Assembly: GCA_030650025.1 (NCBI GenBank)
Contig: JAUSEN010000025.1
Coordinates: 601-64,600 of the forward strand
DNA from: Candidatus Magasanikiibacteriota bacterium
Lineage (GTDB): Bacteria; Patescibacteriota; Patescibacteriia; Magasanikbacterales; GWA2-37-8
Length of the DNA stretch: 64,000 bases
Direction of reading: 5' to 3'
The translations under genes and the position numbers were made by a program. Below the pieces are notes generated by a model. It did not search any database. It was not told the origin of the DNA and was given only the letters and a program-made list of their open reading frames with translations. Within the stretch, counting starts at the first letter, position 1, and each line of letters starts with the position of its first letter. This document shows positions 11,401 through 21,460 of the stretch, one piece after another.

Positions 11401-13099
11401 CAGCCTTACCCTCTTCATCAACTTTCGCTTTGCCCCCTTCAATTACAGCGTCTTTAATCGCAGCTAGAACTGGTTCAAATTTTCTAGCAAAATCATAACG
11501 GTCGGACCCGTCGTCATTTTTTACCCTAATAAGCTGGCCATTGTTGGCGGCTTTGGCAGCCTCGATGTCGGTGGTGCCTTTGGTTTCATACAAAAATTTG
11601 CCTTTGCCGTCGCGAGCTTGAACCAGCTGGTCGTTTTCCTTCTTAGCTAAGGCTTCGTCGGTAGTAGTACCACCGCCTTCAGCTCGCTCATAAACTTTTT
11701 TCTGAGATAATTGGTAAACGGCCTCTTTCTTTTTGCGCGGGCCGCCGCGCGCCCAATCGTCGTAGCCAGCTTTTTGGCGTTTGGCAAAATCGCCGAGCAT
11801 TGTCCAGCGGTCTTTGAGGCGCAGGATTGGTGCCCGCGTAGCCAAGAAGCCTAAACCGCCGAGAGTAGCCGCGCCCGCGGCTTTAATACCACCCGCGCCC
11901 TTTTCGTAGAGCCAGCGGCCAGCCACATAGCCGGTCGCGATGGTGGCGACTTTCTTGCCAAAGCTCGAGACCGCGGTTAAAGCCGAGCCCGAGGAGCCGC
12001 CAATTTGCGAAGCTACTTGCGCGCCAGCTAAAAGCATGCCAATCGCGATTACAAAATTGGCCATTTTATTCCACTTGAGCGAATCGCCAATACCAGCGCT
12101 TTGGAAGTCGCCTGGTAAACTTTCACCAGCGCCTAAAATAGTGGCATCGTCTTGAATTTTATTTACGTCCGGAATGCTGGAATAGGCCGCGATTTGCGAG
12201 TTAACATCGCCATTAGTGAGCGACACGAAGGAAAGCCAGATAAAAAAGAGCAAAACCGGGCCGGTGACTAAATCATCGCCAAACTCGGTCCACCACTGGC
12301 TAGAAAATTTTTGCGTAAGAGGAATGGCGCTTAAAACAAAAGCCAGAGGCGAGAGCACGATTAAAACCCAGAGGCGGACCAGCCGAGCGGTCAGCATGAA
12401 GACAAAAATGGCTAGAGTCATCATGAGCATGCCGGCAAAAACCGCGGCCGCGACGCTCGCGGTAAACACGCCGGGCTCGGTTATATTCGAGCCCTCGGTA
12501 GTGCCTTTAAAACGCCAAATACTGCCGAGGTTAAACATGTTGATGAGGTTGCCGCCAGCGGTCGCGACAATGCCATTCACAAACGTGTTCATGACGATTT
12601 GGGAAGCGTCAATAAACAAGCCACAGATAATCCGGCTGAAGTTAACCAAAATGGCGGCCAAGACAAATTTAACGATTAATTTTTTCCACTCATACTGCTC
12701 GATGCCGAGGATGGTGCCGAAAGCGATGATAAGCAAAACTACCACGAAGAACATGTTGGTAATATCGCGCACCATGACCCAGCCAATGTTGACGGTCGTG
12801 GAATCGAGGTAGCCGTTGTAAGCGGAAATTTGAATAATAAAAGCCAAAAAGAACAGAGCGAGGCGGATCATCCACTGGGCAAAGGTGAGAAGAAGCGTGG
12901 AAACAATTTTGAGAAACCAATTGGGGTTAGAGAGGGCGGTTTGAAGCTGTTCTAATTCTGAGCCAGCAGTGGCCTGGTGCGGTAAAATCACGGTCACAAA
13001 AAGCGCCAGGCACAGAGCGGCCGCCAAAAACCAGAGCGCGCGCTTGTGGCTGACTCTGGCTTCGATGCGATTAACGAGTTTTAGAAAATACTGCTTCAT
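8477..13099 (-). CDS. Large VirB6/TrbL-like polytopic membrane protein with ~1100-aa charged C-terminal extension
   Basis: GWVMVRDITN, AAILVNFS, RLVRLWVLIVLSPLAF, WWTEF TM core; start trimmed to MKQYF because ATG 13120 belongs to a repeat element. Confidence 0.75.
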   Translation of the reverse strand: MKQYFLKLVNRIEARVSHKRALWFLAAALCLALFVTVILPHQATAGSELEQLQTALSNPNWFLKIVSTLLLTFAQWMIRLALFFLAFIIQISAYNGYLDSTTVNIGWVMVRDITNMFFVVVLLIIAFGTILGIEQYEWKKLIVKFVLAAILVNFSRIICGLFIDASQIVMNTFVNGIVATAGGNLINMFNLGSIWRFKGTTEGSNITEPGVFTASVAAAVFAGMLMMTLAIFVFMLTARLVRLWVLIVLSPLAFVLSAIPLTQKFSSQWWTEFGDDLVTGPVLLFFIWLSFVSLTNGDVNSQIAAYSSIPDVNKIQDDATILGAGESLPGDFQSAGIGDSLKWNKMANFVIAIGMLLAGAQVASQIGGSSGSALTAVSSFGKKVATIATGYVAGRWLYEKGAGGIKAAGAATLGGLGFLATRAPILRLKDRWTMLGDFAKRQKAGYDDWARGGPRKKKEAVYQLSQKKVYERAEGGGTTTDEALAKKENDQLVQARDGKGKFLYETKGTTDIEAAKAANNGQLIRVKNDDGSDRYDFARKFEPVLAAIKDAVIEGGKAKVDEEGKAVYYDARGNETTDERLARAAVDKDGNTLYKNKEGKATIEKSEAVYETEDVAEEATDENGKVLRDRNGDKLYKTKDGKGTTTNREDARTIRQIRKEDVGYDFEEGKGSRGFFQRWANSSYGQVLESKKRLEKTENQAKVRDELMMKRTTGIPTHFFQRFEGPMVNAEDRIEQGELEAEGKRSQAKTREYKAVGEKLVLGNARFKDGRFQDWKESMADQIAGHEGRAEATEAGSKLITAAAKNKFAQSKKGQQSLQAKILADLRVKTQEAEFKRVEGEAMTQIATKLPEGLKEIVKTIESEKAAHLEEKKLETVKKEKEKEFFAGSKGQHELEEEAKLKARQGLFEKEISAMESEKQKDFAREPEGTAIIKRLADAEIEISTAENYGKHIKSEHVKEQFFLARKKMEDFKNGDDVKAFIDDQKQPVALRRYVEAAKNSALSANSEKLSALFKKDVESDSEMLLVDMKYRGYGKPRSGEEQYAKAESEDQARAGDEGRGDNLLQNWALVSKKRHDGKLTPAGFKSLQDEIDAEQVTLNGFATLLGTGRGCNVDDAVLGSAMKKFEILDTPAAWESAVGTGKEEQRQELLALRADWERMGIAKKNMEGKWTSTNSGDTNALLAYHTVSGGDTDLVMTHKKILDVAAADGTSYEDAQKKYFASAAPKIGAYQKEEDFKSFFVKHQGRLIALQDEFQRSGVQGGHFQQSGFMRRGVDGLMRFVTHAEQVDFERQQKKKNESVKMTPHAVSTMDGATGHKAIDEERFSTSNIVQVTTIASLNQRAQDRTKDLLSLDSELGKDGKVMLGGDAKRLKQIGEGDSVLGVARTIENFFATMEHQFLTVALANGARHGTKKELAEAGILNGRIEGTTIAGGGVDEVAVSMIKYIDDEIKQLKALATRTKQQEEALKVLTKTKAKAASDEVKSSIKQAENMRVTFSRPPSGGTGGGKGGGTGGAGPAGTTTTTPPIPSTPTVEEEEPT

Positions 13100-13114
13100 T
13101 TTATTTATTTTACC

Positions 13115-13194
13115 TGTCATCTTGAGCGAAGCGAAAGATCTAAGCGTATATTTGGCAAACTTGACTTAGATTCTTCGCTCTGCTCAGAATGACA
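13115..13194. repeat. Palindromic REP-like doublet, TGTCAT family, copy 2
   Basis: 80 bp, same arms as 4301-4380 with a different 20-nt spacer. Confidence 0.85.
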
Positions 13195-13218
13195 ATCGTG
13201 ATAATATAATATTAACTC

Positions 13219-16200
13219 TTATTCAGTAGGTTTAACGTATAATTTGCCTCCAAAATTGACCCAAGGCAAGGGCGAGTTCGGGTCAGCGCATTGATCGGGC
13301 CCAGCGCCGTCATTACCATCGTAACAGCCACTGCCTACGTTTCCTAAACAAGAACCGGCACACCAGCCCCAATTGTCTTTAACTTGCACCCGGGGTTTAT
13401 AAATACAACAGCCTTCGGGGAAGCGTTCGGGCAAACGGCCGCAGTCACTCGAGCTCGGGTGATAGGTTTTGTCGCCTTTAACACACTGGTAGTCGTGTTC
13501 GAATTGGAAATAAGAGTTGTCGCAAGAACGGTTTACAATCAAGCCAAATTCCGCCGCGGAATTTTCGGGCACGCATTGGCTAACCGTGGGGCAGCCCGGG
13601 TTTTGGTACGAGCAAGATAACTTGGTTGTGCCATCAGCCGCCAATACCGGAGCGCCGCTCGGAGTTTTACAGTTGCCGGGAGTAACTTTATCCGGAGCCG
13701 AGCAAATTGTCTGCACTTGTCCGCGCTGGTTGCGGAAAGCGCCTAGCCCAGGGTCGGTTACCATACCATCGCCCCAGTCCACCTTAATTTGGCGAATAGG
13801 CATTTGTTCTTTATACGCGGCCGCGTAAAAACGGGTGGTGGCGCGCTCGGCATAGTCGCCAAACAGATAGATGTCGCCGGTTGAGGTGTTGTTCACGCTA
13901 ATCGCGCCCGGGGCGCCTTCAATACAGTTGGCATCTTGGTCTGCCTCGGCGCAATTGACGGCGTAGACAGTGGGGGCTTTCGGGGTAACGCCATTGAGGC
14001 CGGTTCTAGTTATATTAAAGGTTGGCGCCAGGCCGCTAGTTAAATATTGCGAACCATTAAAATCATAAATATCAAAGACTTTGGCAAATAACTGAATTAC
14101 GTTGGTTCGGCCGGTAATGCCAACACCTACTTTGGCAAAATCTATGGCATTAGTGATTAAGTTTACGTCCTTATCGCCATCGTAACCAGGGCAAGCCCCG
14201 CCCAAACCGTCTTTACAACTATAGGGGTAGCCGGGCGTTAGCAAAACCGACTTATTTTTATCACCCGTATCTCTGTATACTTCGCCAAGCTTATCGTAAT
14301 TACACTCCCCGACATTAGGCGGGCATTGGTATTTGCTGGCGTCTTTTGGATCTTTACCAATTTTGTCGGCTTTAGTAAATAAAATAGTTTCGAATTTGTC
14401 AGCCGGGTTGCCAGTCGCGAGCGCGCCGAACGGCTCGGGTTTGGTGGTGTAATTGACCAGTGTCAGGTTGCCGTTGTTGTCCTTATCATATTTTAAATTA
14501 GAAACAACATATTGGCTTTTATTGGCATTGCCAATCCACAAACGGTCTGTCCAAGCTACCGCGCTAATCGGGTCAGTATAATTTACTTTGGCGCTAACCA
14601 CCGATTTACACCATTCTTTAAATTTGAAAAAGACGTGATATCCTACGCTACCACTACCAGGAGAATCGTCGCAATATGCTGTGTAATAACCCAAAAATGC
14701 GTGTGTAGCCGGGTCGAACCTAACTCTGATAGCATGCCAATTGCCTCCACACCTGCCTGGCAAAGAGTTACATTCTTGGTGGGGGGCATCATCTTTAGCG
14801 CCACTGGGGCAAATCTGGCTTCCCTTAACCCTGGTTGACCAAATACCAATATTTTCGGAGCCATTATTTTCTTGGCTCGGCAATTCCACGCCGCTCGCAT
14901 ACATCTTGCTCCCAAAAATATTTCCGCTAAAAGCGTTACAGCTGTTTTTATTCTGGCCATTGTAGGCATAACAAAAATCACCAACTGTCCCTGGCGTGTT
15001 AGGCTGGGCATCGTTAGGAATGCCATCGCTAGGGCTAGTAAAAATATATGGGAAAGTGCTACCCTCATGCTTGTGAGCACTGCTATAAGCAATAACCCAG
15101 TCAGTGCCTCTGCCCATATATTTACCAGCCACAGCCACACCTGGCCGGTAAGCATTATCATTAGCCCCGCCACCTTGAATTGTGATTGCTCGATAATAAG
15201 ACTGGTAGACAGTTTTATTTTTATTAGGGTCATTAGGCCAGATGCTAAAGGTAGCATCGTTGGCTGGGTCTTGGCTGTCTCCGCTCGTCACTTTAAAATC
15301 AATTCTTTCCACGTCTTCCATAATAACACCAATTTCATTGTCAACCGGTTGTACGAAAGAACGTGAAAATTGCCCAAGATTGTCGTTCTCCCAGGGGGCA
15401 GTACCACGACTGGAAAGAATTCCTAACCCAATTCCCATTCTACGAGTATAAAAATTCTTCGCCGAAGTACCATCGGGATCAGCTGGAGTCTCCCAGTCTA
15501 CCACTTTGCCATTGCCCGCTCCGTTTGAAGCTAAGCAGTACAGCGGAGCACCTTGATAACCCGCGTCAGTATGCTGATTATTAACATCCGCCGCGCCGTT
15601 GAGAGTATCCACCGGCCACCAGGTGAGGCAGGGGTGTTCGCTTGGGAGGCCGTTCAGGGGACGGGAAATATCCGGCTCCAGGCAATAGCCACTCCAGCCC
15701 AGGTGCGGGTCAACGCGTTTAAGTTTTTGGCAAGCGCCATCAATTGATGATATGTCACCTTTGTCTTTCTCGAAAATATTATCTTTATTAATTTCTATCT
15801 TATGACAGTCCCTGTCGGCTTCGCAATCCATACCATCGCGATCCCCTCCTTGGCAGAGGCCTTTGGGCACTTCGCCCGGTTGATTGCCCAAAATCCCCAA
15901 TGGAATTTTGGAGTTTTTGGAATTAATGACAATGGGAACTTGGTTAGGCCGCGCGTAGTTCCAAAATTTATTGATAAAATCGCCATACTGGGCGCGAGTA
16001 TAGTTACATTCGCAGAGGTTGGCAGTGAGCTTCCAGGAGGAGGGCAAATTGCCTTCGTTGCAGTAATTGACGCCTTTAAATAAGTTGGTGGCTTTGGCAA
16101 TGCTCGGCTGGTTCGGGAAGGGCGAGTCCTGCTCGGGGTACGCGCGGCAAATTTGCGAGGGCGCGCTATCCATGAGGCGCACATCGGGGAGGCCCCCGGG

Positions 16201-19200
16201 GGTCGCGACGCATACGCCGCTCCTAGCGCAAACGCCAGGTTGCGCGGCAGTGCCGCACGGCGCGAGCTCCTTGCAAGGAACATTAAATTCGCCCCCTAAA
16301 TCGCACTCCGAGAGATCACTCGGCACGCAGGCTGAATCCGTGGAAGTGGGGCTTTTGTTAACGCAAATCTTGTCGCCGCCAATGCTTTTATCGCCGCCGC
16401 AGGCGACTACTTTTACTAAACGCCAGGCCGGAGTCGAGGTGGGGTTATTAATATTGATTTGGCGCAAGGTTTCAATCGGGAGAGTGTTCAGGAGGGAATA
16501 ACCCGAATAATCCTGGCCAGTCCAGCCGACGTTACGCGTGACATAGACAGATTCGTCTAAGACACGAGGAGGAGGGTCGTTAATTTTGTAGGTAACCCAA
16601 TGGGCGCAAGTAGCATAAGAGCCTTTGGCCTTGCTGGGCAGAGCCCGGTCGCAACGAGCCACCTGGTCGCAGACTTTCTTAAAATTGCCAGTATTCTGGT
16701 CGCGCACGGTGTGCGAAGAGACGCACTGGATCCACTCGCCGCACATCCGGTCCTGTTTTACTTGAATAATAATGTTAGAATCATTGCCATTCGGGTCCGA
16801 AGCGGCCGGGACTAAATTGCCGTCCTTGTTTTCGCTATTTTTGTAACTTAAATCCGTGGACCAATATTTGTTGGGATTATCGGTTTTTTCAAACAGCGCG
16901 CAACCATATTTTTGGCTGGCCTGCCCCGCGCAATCGCCAGCCGAGATTTTTTTGTTATTTATAAAATAATGGCGCTCGTCATTGTCCGCGTGATCCACAA
17001 ACTCGGTGCACTGGTTCCACTCGTCCGGGCAAGAACCGACAAAATTTTGATAAGTTGACGTAGCGCCATAGGACCACAGGCCGTAAACCCCGTCCGCGTC
17101 AAGATATGATGGGTAGCACGGGACATTGGCCGCGAGGTCGCAAGAGTCGCCACCGCCGCAATCCGTATTCTTAACACAAAGGGCAGAGCTTTTTTTACAG
17201 TAACCAACTCCCTCTCTAAACCAGCCGCTATTTTTGGAAACAATATTTCTGACTTTCACATCCACATCCGCGCGATATTGGCAAAGGCCCTGCCCGCTTT
17301 GGAGAGGGTCTTTAAAGTAAAAGTCACCGCCGGCATTATCTTTATATTGGCCGCAAAAGAGCGCTTCCGCGTAGCAGAGCTGGTCGTTATACTCGGCCGG
17401 ACTATTTTTAATGGTGGTGGTAACATATTCAGGGCCGGTCGGAGTGTCTTTTAGTTTGCCGGCGTACATACAGCCTAAATCCGGCTCGGTGCAAGTGGCC
17501 CCTTTATTGGCTACTAAAAAGATGGGCGCGGTGGAAGAAGTGTCCGCGGGGACAGTGACAGTCGAAGTCACAACCGTGCCGCCGCCGTTTTGAATCGCGA
17601 TTAGAGAGAATTCCGCGGGAACGGTTTTAATATAACAACCGCTCCGCCCCACTTCGATCTGGCACTTGGGGTTTTTCTGGCCGAGTTTAAGATCTAGTGT
17701 TTTCCATGCCCCAGATAACCCGGGCATCCAAATATTATAATAGCGTTCGCCAGTGTCGCCCAAGGTATTAAAGCTGTCAATGACGCCAACACAGCCAATG
17801 GCATTTTCTCGGCACAAAAAGCTAAAGCCAGTGAGATTCACGCGTTGACCAACCGGGTTAGAATAAGCGCGGCAACCAAGCGCCGCCCCTGGCAAGTTAT
17901 CGTCCGTATTATCGTCGCAAGCAGAGCTGACTTTAAGGGTATTTTTCTTGATAAATATATTTTCAGCCACTTCCACTAACCTAACATTGTCTAAATATAT
18001 ACTGCCATTTTGGGTGAGAGCAAAGGCTAATCTAAAATTAGTGGTAGCAGGGTTATTGCCATTTGGAGTTAATTCCACCGGCCCTAAACTATAGTAATTC
18101 CAGGTGTCGCCAAGGCTAAGCGTGCCAAAAGCTTTGGTATATAAGCCATCGGCGGAATCCAGGCGTATATCAGTGGCAACGCCGCTGCCCTTGGCCCAAA
18201 AGCTAAGAATATAGGTATTGCCAGAAGCCAGTTCTAATTTTTTAAATACCTGGCCGGCTCCGGAATACCCGAGAGATTGGCCGGCGGGCTGGGTGGACTC
18301 GCGGGTGATGCTTATAGAACCACCCAAAATTGCCCAATCTTTTAAGAGAGCGGGCGTATTGGTGGCAATGTCGCTAAGTTCAAAAGTGTTTGGAAAATCA
18401 GCCATTACTTTGACATTATTGCCGGCGTTGCCTTTGTACTCGCGACAGCTATTGGCAGTCTCGGCGCAAGCGCGGCTCTCGCCAGCGCTATTCTTAGCGT
18501 CTTTAGGCAAACCATAGTAGTAGCACTGGCCATCTTTATATTCGCCGCTTTGGAAGCAGACCTGGCAGATATTGTCGGTTTTATTCCAAAACCCGTGGTA
18601 GATGCCGTTCTCTTCAGTGCAAGTGTTCTCGTTAATAGCGGGCACATTGTAAAGCTCGGTATTATTTAGCCGGTAACGCTGGCAAGAATCCGTAACCGGA
18701 ATAAGTCTAGAAAGCAAGCGATAAAAAACCCGGCCGCGGTCGTCGTTAAACTGGCGGCAATCCGGGTCAAAGGTTGGATTTTGGCTTTGCGCTTTATAAA
18801 CTGCTTCAGAGCAGAGGTCGGCAAACTTCTGGCGATCCGCCAAAGTGCCATATAAATATTTAGGCGCGCCAATTTGATTATTAGGGTTATTGATAATTGG
18901 TAAATTGTCTTCAACAGCAATGTTCTCTACCAAGCGATAGGTTTTAAGCTGAATACCGGTAAGAGCCGTGCTTTCGTAAGTAATGAAATTTTTGCCAGTA
19001 TTGACGCTGGAAGGAACGCAGGCGCGCAGATGCGTAAAATAATCCACCTGTTCCACTTGGTCTCCGGTAATATTGCCCACATTGGTAAACCCGGTACAGC
19101 CGGCGTCAGCAGGGGCGCAGGCTTCGCCGGAAGAGGGAATAATATAAGCCACATCTTGCCCGCCAGAGAAATTGCTGGGCATTTCGCGGTAACTGTCATA

Positions 19201-21456
19201 GCCCACACAAGAGGCATCGCATAAATTATCCACGCCGTATTTGCCGGGGATCGGGCGGCGATCGCCTGAAAGCGGAGTATACAAGTTACACCCCACTTCG
19301 CTCTTAATACAGGCTGATGAATACTGGCTGCAAGCGGGAGAAGCCGGCAATTGACGCAATTCTACCGGGGTATCGGGCCACTGGACGCCAAGCGCAACTT
19401 TATCAGCATCATAACAGCCCAAATACTCGGGGGCTTTTTTGAGAAACAGAGTAATGTCGGTCGAGGAAGCGTAAGCAAAGGCGCTGCAACCTTGTGAGTT
19501 AGGGGAACAACTTTCGGAAACAGATTTGTTAAAATAAATGCCATTATTAACACCCGCGTTCTGGCCCGGGCCCTGCCAACCACCATTTAGTTTGGTTAAG
19601 CTAAAATAATTACAACCCACATTTTGCGCCGAGCACCAGCCAGTGTCGAGCGTGCGGTAGATGTAAGAAGCGCTTTGATTCGTTTCGGAATTATTAAAAG
19701 TACGGCAGGTGCGAAATTCGGCCGGGCACTCGTCCGCGTCAAACTTCCAGGTATTTTTTTCGCGCGTGCAATAAGCGTAAGAGACGCACTGGCCTTTGAT
19801 GTCAAAAGCCACACAAGTAGAAAGGTCGGCACAGTCTTGGTTCCTCTGCGGGATGCCCTCGCTCAAGGGCTGTGGCCCCCACACCGAAGCATTACAACGA
19901 GTAGGTTCGAGTTTCAGCACCCAATTGGGGTCAATGAGATGGCAAAAAGGCTTGTTAACCGGGTCATAAATAATATTACCGGCTTCATCGCGCAGGCAGT
20001 CGTTGAAACCTTTAACCACTTGTTCCAAAGTCCAAGGGCGGTCCGGGTCGCTAAGCTTGGCCGCGATTTCAAATCCCAGTGGCAAAACGCGGATTTGGCG
20101 CAAGACCCGGATGTTGGCGTAGCAATAACTTTTTTCGAAACATTTTTTATCCATGTTTTCAGCCACGCGAGTCGGGGGCAGAAGTTGCTTGCTACCATCC
20201 AAAGCCCCGCTCTTCAAGGCGGCCGCGATAGTGGTGGGGCTGCCAACTTCGGTTTGTTTTAAAGCTTCCACTAATTTTTGATCAGCCCGGCAATTGTAAG
20301 TATTCTGGAGGCCATCGGGGCAAGCGGCGAGTTCGCCGGTTAAATCATAGTTATCAATCGGTTTAATTAGCGCGGTTTGCAAAATGCTTTCAAAATAAAT
20401 TTGCGCTTGGCGGCGCCCGCCAACAACACCCGTGCTCTCGTAGGCAGCCGCCCCGCCGCCGCCTAAACAAGCGGAAGAACCATCTTTACAGCCAATACCA
20501 AAAGGCAAAACACCTTGTTCTTGGTAATTTTTGACCATGGTACTAACCAACGTATTTACGAAAATGCTTAAAATAGTTGGCAAAACCTTAATATCCCCTT
20601 TGGAGAGAAGCGCGGCGATTTGCTGTTCGTCTTTTTCTTGTTGGGTGGAAGGCGTGTTAGACTCTAACTCTTTTTTAACATTACCAGCCGGGAGTTTAAT
20701 TTGGTCGGAAATTATACCAGCCACTGGCTTGGCCCCTCCACCTTCGAGGCGTTGCAATTCTTCGCCCGCCATTTTAACAGCCACGGTTTGATCTATAAGT
20801 TGTTTAGTGCCCAAATAAATTCCAAAATCAGTTTGGTCGGCGCTGCTCATGGCCGAGTTAAACTGATCCTGAATGTCATTGCCAAAACCGCTCCAGCGGC
20901 TTTTGTGGGCTTCGGCATCGCCCCAGTTTTTGGTAAATTCGGTAAAACTACAAGACGGCTTTTGTTGGCCAGCGTCCCCGCCACGCCCGCCAAAACCGCC
21001 AAACCCAGGCATCCGGAGACCCACCTTCATGGCGAGGTCTACTTTAATATCAGGAATTTTGCAAAGATTAAGGCCGATGCCAGTGCGCTTGTCGGCCAAG
21101 GATTCTATGGCCGCGCCAAAAGCTTCATTACCGACATCGGACATGTACGACCCGAAACCTTTGTTAAACGCCAGCGCGCCTTGGCCTTTGCCGCCGGAGG
21201 CGAGCCAGACAGCGGCGTCATAAGACACTTTGCGGATAACATATGTAACCAAACGAATGACGGCATTCAAAACCGCGGTTTTTAAAATTTCCCAAATCTG
21301 CAATAAAATATCTTTGATTTGCCCGGGGATATCAGTAGCGATAGTCGCAATTACTTGAGCATGAGCAGGAGGAGGAAAGCTAAACGAGCCTAGCAAAGCG
21401 CTAAGGGATACTAAGACCAGAAGAACGCTGGCGCTTAATTTCCTAAATCGCGACAT
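13219..21456 (-). CDS. Giant exported cysteine-rich protein (2745 aa) with an internal CBM4/9-like module
   Basis: Signal peptide ending PAHA; dense Cys clusters; GNTYILSFWAKG...WNYYSL...IYLDNVRL carbohydrate-binding-like segment. Confidence 0.8.
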   Translation of the reverse strand: MSRFRKLSASVLLVLVSLSALLGSFSFPPPAHAQVIATIATDIPGQIKDILLQIWEILKTAVLNAVIRLVTYVIRKVSYDAAVWLASGGKGQGALAFNKGFGSYMSDVGNEAFGAAIESLADKRTGIGLNLCKIPDIKVDLAMKVGLRMPGFGGFGGRGGDAGQQKPSCSFTEFTKNWGDAEAHKSRWSGFGNDIQDQFNSAMSSADQTDFGIYLGTKQLIDQTVAVKMAGEELQRLEGGGAKPVAGIISDQIKLPAGNVKKELESNTPSTQQEKDEQQIAALLSKGDIKVLPTILSIFVNTLVSTMVKNYQEQGVLPFGIGCKDGSSACLGGGGAAAYESTGVVGGRRQAQIYFESILQTALIKPIDNYDLTGELAACPDGLQNTYNCRADQKLVEALKQTEVGSPTTIAAALKSGALDGSKQLLPPTRVAENMDKKCFEKSYCYANIRVLRQIRVLPLGFEIAAKLSDPDRPWTLEQVVKGFNDCLRDEAGNIIYDPVNKPFCHLIDPNWVLKLEPTRCNASVWGPQPLSEGIPQRNQDCADLSTCVAFDIKGQCVSYAYCTREKNTWKFDADECPAEFRTCRTFNNSETNQSASYIYRTLDTGWCSAQNVGCNYFSLTKLNGGWQGPGQNAGVNNGIYFNKSVSESCSPNSQGCSAFAYASSTDITLFLKKAPEYLGCYDADKVALGVQWPDTPVELRQLPASPACSQYSSACIKSEVGCNLYTPLSGDRRPIPGKYGVDNLCDASCVGYDSYREMPSNFSGGQDVAYIIPSSGEACAPADAGCTGFTNVGNITGDQVEQVDYFTHLRACVPSSVNTGKNFITYESTALTGIQLKTYRLVENIAVEDNLPIINNPNNQIGAPKYLYGTLADRQKFADLCSEAVYKAQSQNPTFDPDCRQFNDDRGRVFYRLLSRLIPVTDSCQRYRLNNTELYNVPAINENTCTEENGIYHGFWNKTDNICQVCFQSGEYKDGQCYYYGLPKDAKNSAGESRACAETANSCREYKGNAGNNVKVMADFPNTFELSDIATNTPALLKDWAILGGSISITRESTQPAGQSLGYSGAGQVFKKLELASGNTYILSFWAKGSGVATDIRLDSADGLYTKAFGTLSLGDTWNYYSLGPVELTPNGNNPATTNFRLAFALTQNGSIYLDNVRLVEVAENIFIKKNTLKVSSACDDNTDDNLPGAALGCRAYSNPVGQRVNLTGFSFLCRENAIGCVGVIDSFNTLGDTGERYYNIWMPGLSGAWKTLDLKLGQKNPKCQIEVGRSGCYIKTVPAEFSLIAIQNGGGTVVTSTVTVPADTSSTAPIFLVANKGATCTEPDLGCMYAGKLKDTPTGPEYVTTTIKNSPAEYNDQLCYAEALFCGQYKDNAGGDFYFKDPLQSGQGLCQYRADVDVKVRNIVSKNSGWFREGVGYCKKSSALCVKNTDCGGGDSCDLAANVPCYPSYLDADGVYGLWSYGATSTYQNFVGSCPDEWNQCTEFVDHADNDERHYFINNKKISAGDCAGQASQKYGCALFEKTDNPNKYWSTDLSYKNSENKDGNLVPAASDPNGNDSNIIIQVKQDRMCGEWIQCVSSHTVRDQNTGNFKKVCDQVARCDRALPSKAKGSYATCAHWVTYKINDPPPRVLDESVYVTRNVGWTGQDYSGYSLLNTLPIETLRQININNPTSTPAWRLVKVVACGGDKSIGGDKICVNKSPTSTDSACVPSDLSECDLGGEFNVPCKELAPCGTAAQPGVCARSGVCVATPGGLPDVRLMDSAPSQICRAYPEQDSPFPNQPSIAKATNLFKGVNYCNEGNLPSSWKLTANLCECNYTRAQYGDFINKFWNYARPNQVPIVINSKNSKIPLGILGNQPGEVPKGLCQGGDRDGMDCEADRDCHKIEINKDNIFEKDKGDISSIDGACQKLKRVDPHLGWSGYCLEPDISRPLNGLPSEHPCLTWWPVDTLNGAADVNNQHTDAGYQGAPLYCLASNGAGNGKVVDWETPADPDGTSAKNFYTRRMGIGLGILSSRGTAPWENDNLGQFSRSFVQPVDNEIGVIMEDVERIDFKVTSGDSQDPANDATFSIWPNDPNKNKTVYQSYYRAITIQGGGANDNAYRPGVAVAGKYMGRGTDWVIAYSSAHKHEGSTFPYIFTSPSDGIPNDAQPNTPGTVGDFCYAYNGQNKNSCNAFSGNIFGSKMYASGVELPSQENNGSENIGIWSTRVKGSQICPSGAKDDAPHQECNSLPGRCGGNWHAIRVRFDPATHAFLGYYTAYCDDSPGSGSVGYHVFFKFKEWCKSVVSAKVNYTDPISAVAWTDRLWIGNANKSQYVVSNLKYDKDNNGNLTLVNYTTKPEPFGALATGNPADKFETILFTKADKIGKDPKDASKYQCPPNVGECNYDKLGEVYRDTGDKNKSVLLTPGYPYSCKDGLGGACPGYDGDKDVNLITNAIDFAKVGVGITGRTNVIQLFAKVFDIYDFNGSQYLTSGLAPTFNITRTGLNGVTPKAPTVYAVNCAEADQDANCIEGAPGAISVNNTSTGDIYLFGDYAERATTRFYAAAYKEQMPIRQIKVDWGDGMVTDPGLGAFRNQRGQVQTICSAPDKVTPGNCKTPSGAPVLAADGTTKLSCSYQNPGCPTVSQCVPENSAAEFGLIVNRSCDNSYFQFEHDYQCVKGDKTYHPSSSDCGRLPERFPEGCCIYKPRVQVKDNWGWCAGSCLGNVGSGCYDGNDGAGPDQCADPNSPLPWVNFGGKLYVKPTE

Positions 21457-21460
21457 AATT

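Noticed and set aside
8448..21285. Numerous + strand ORFs opposite the large genes
   Set aside because: Antisense shadows without recognisable motifs.
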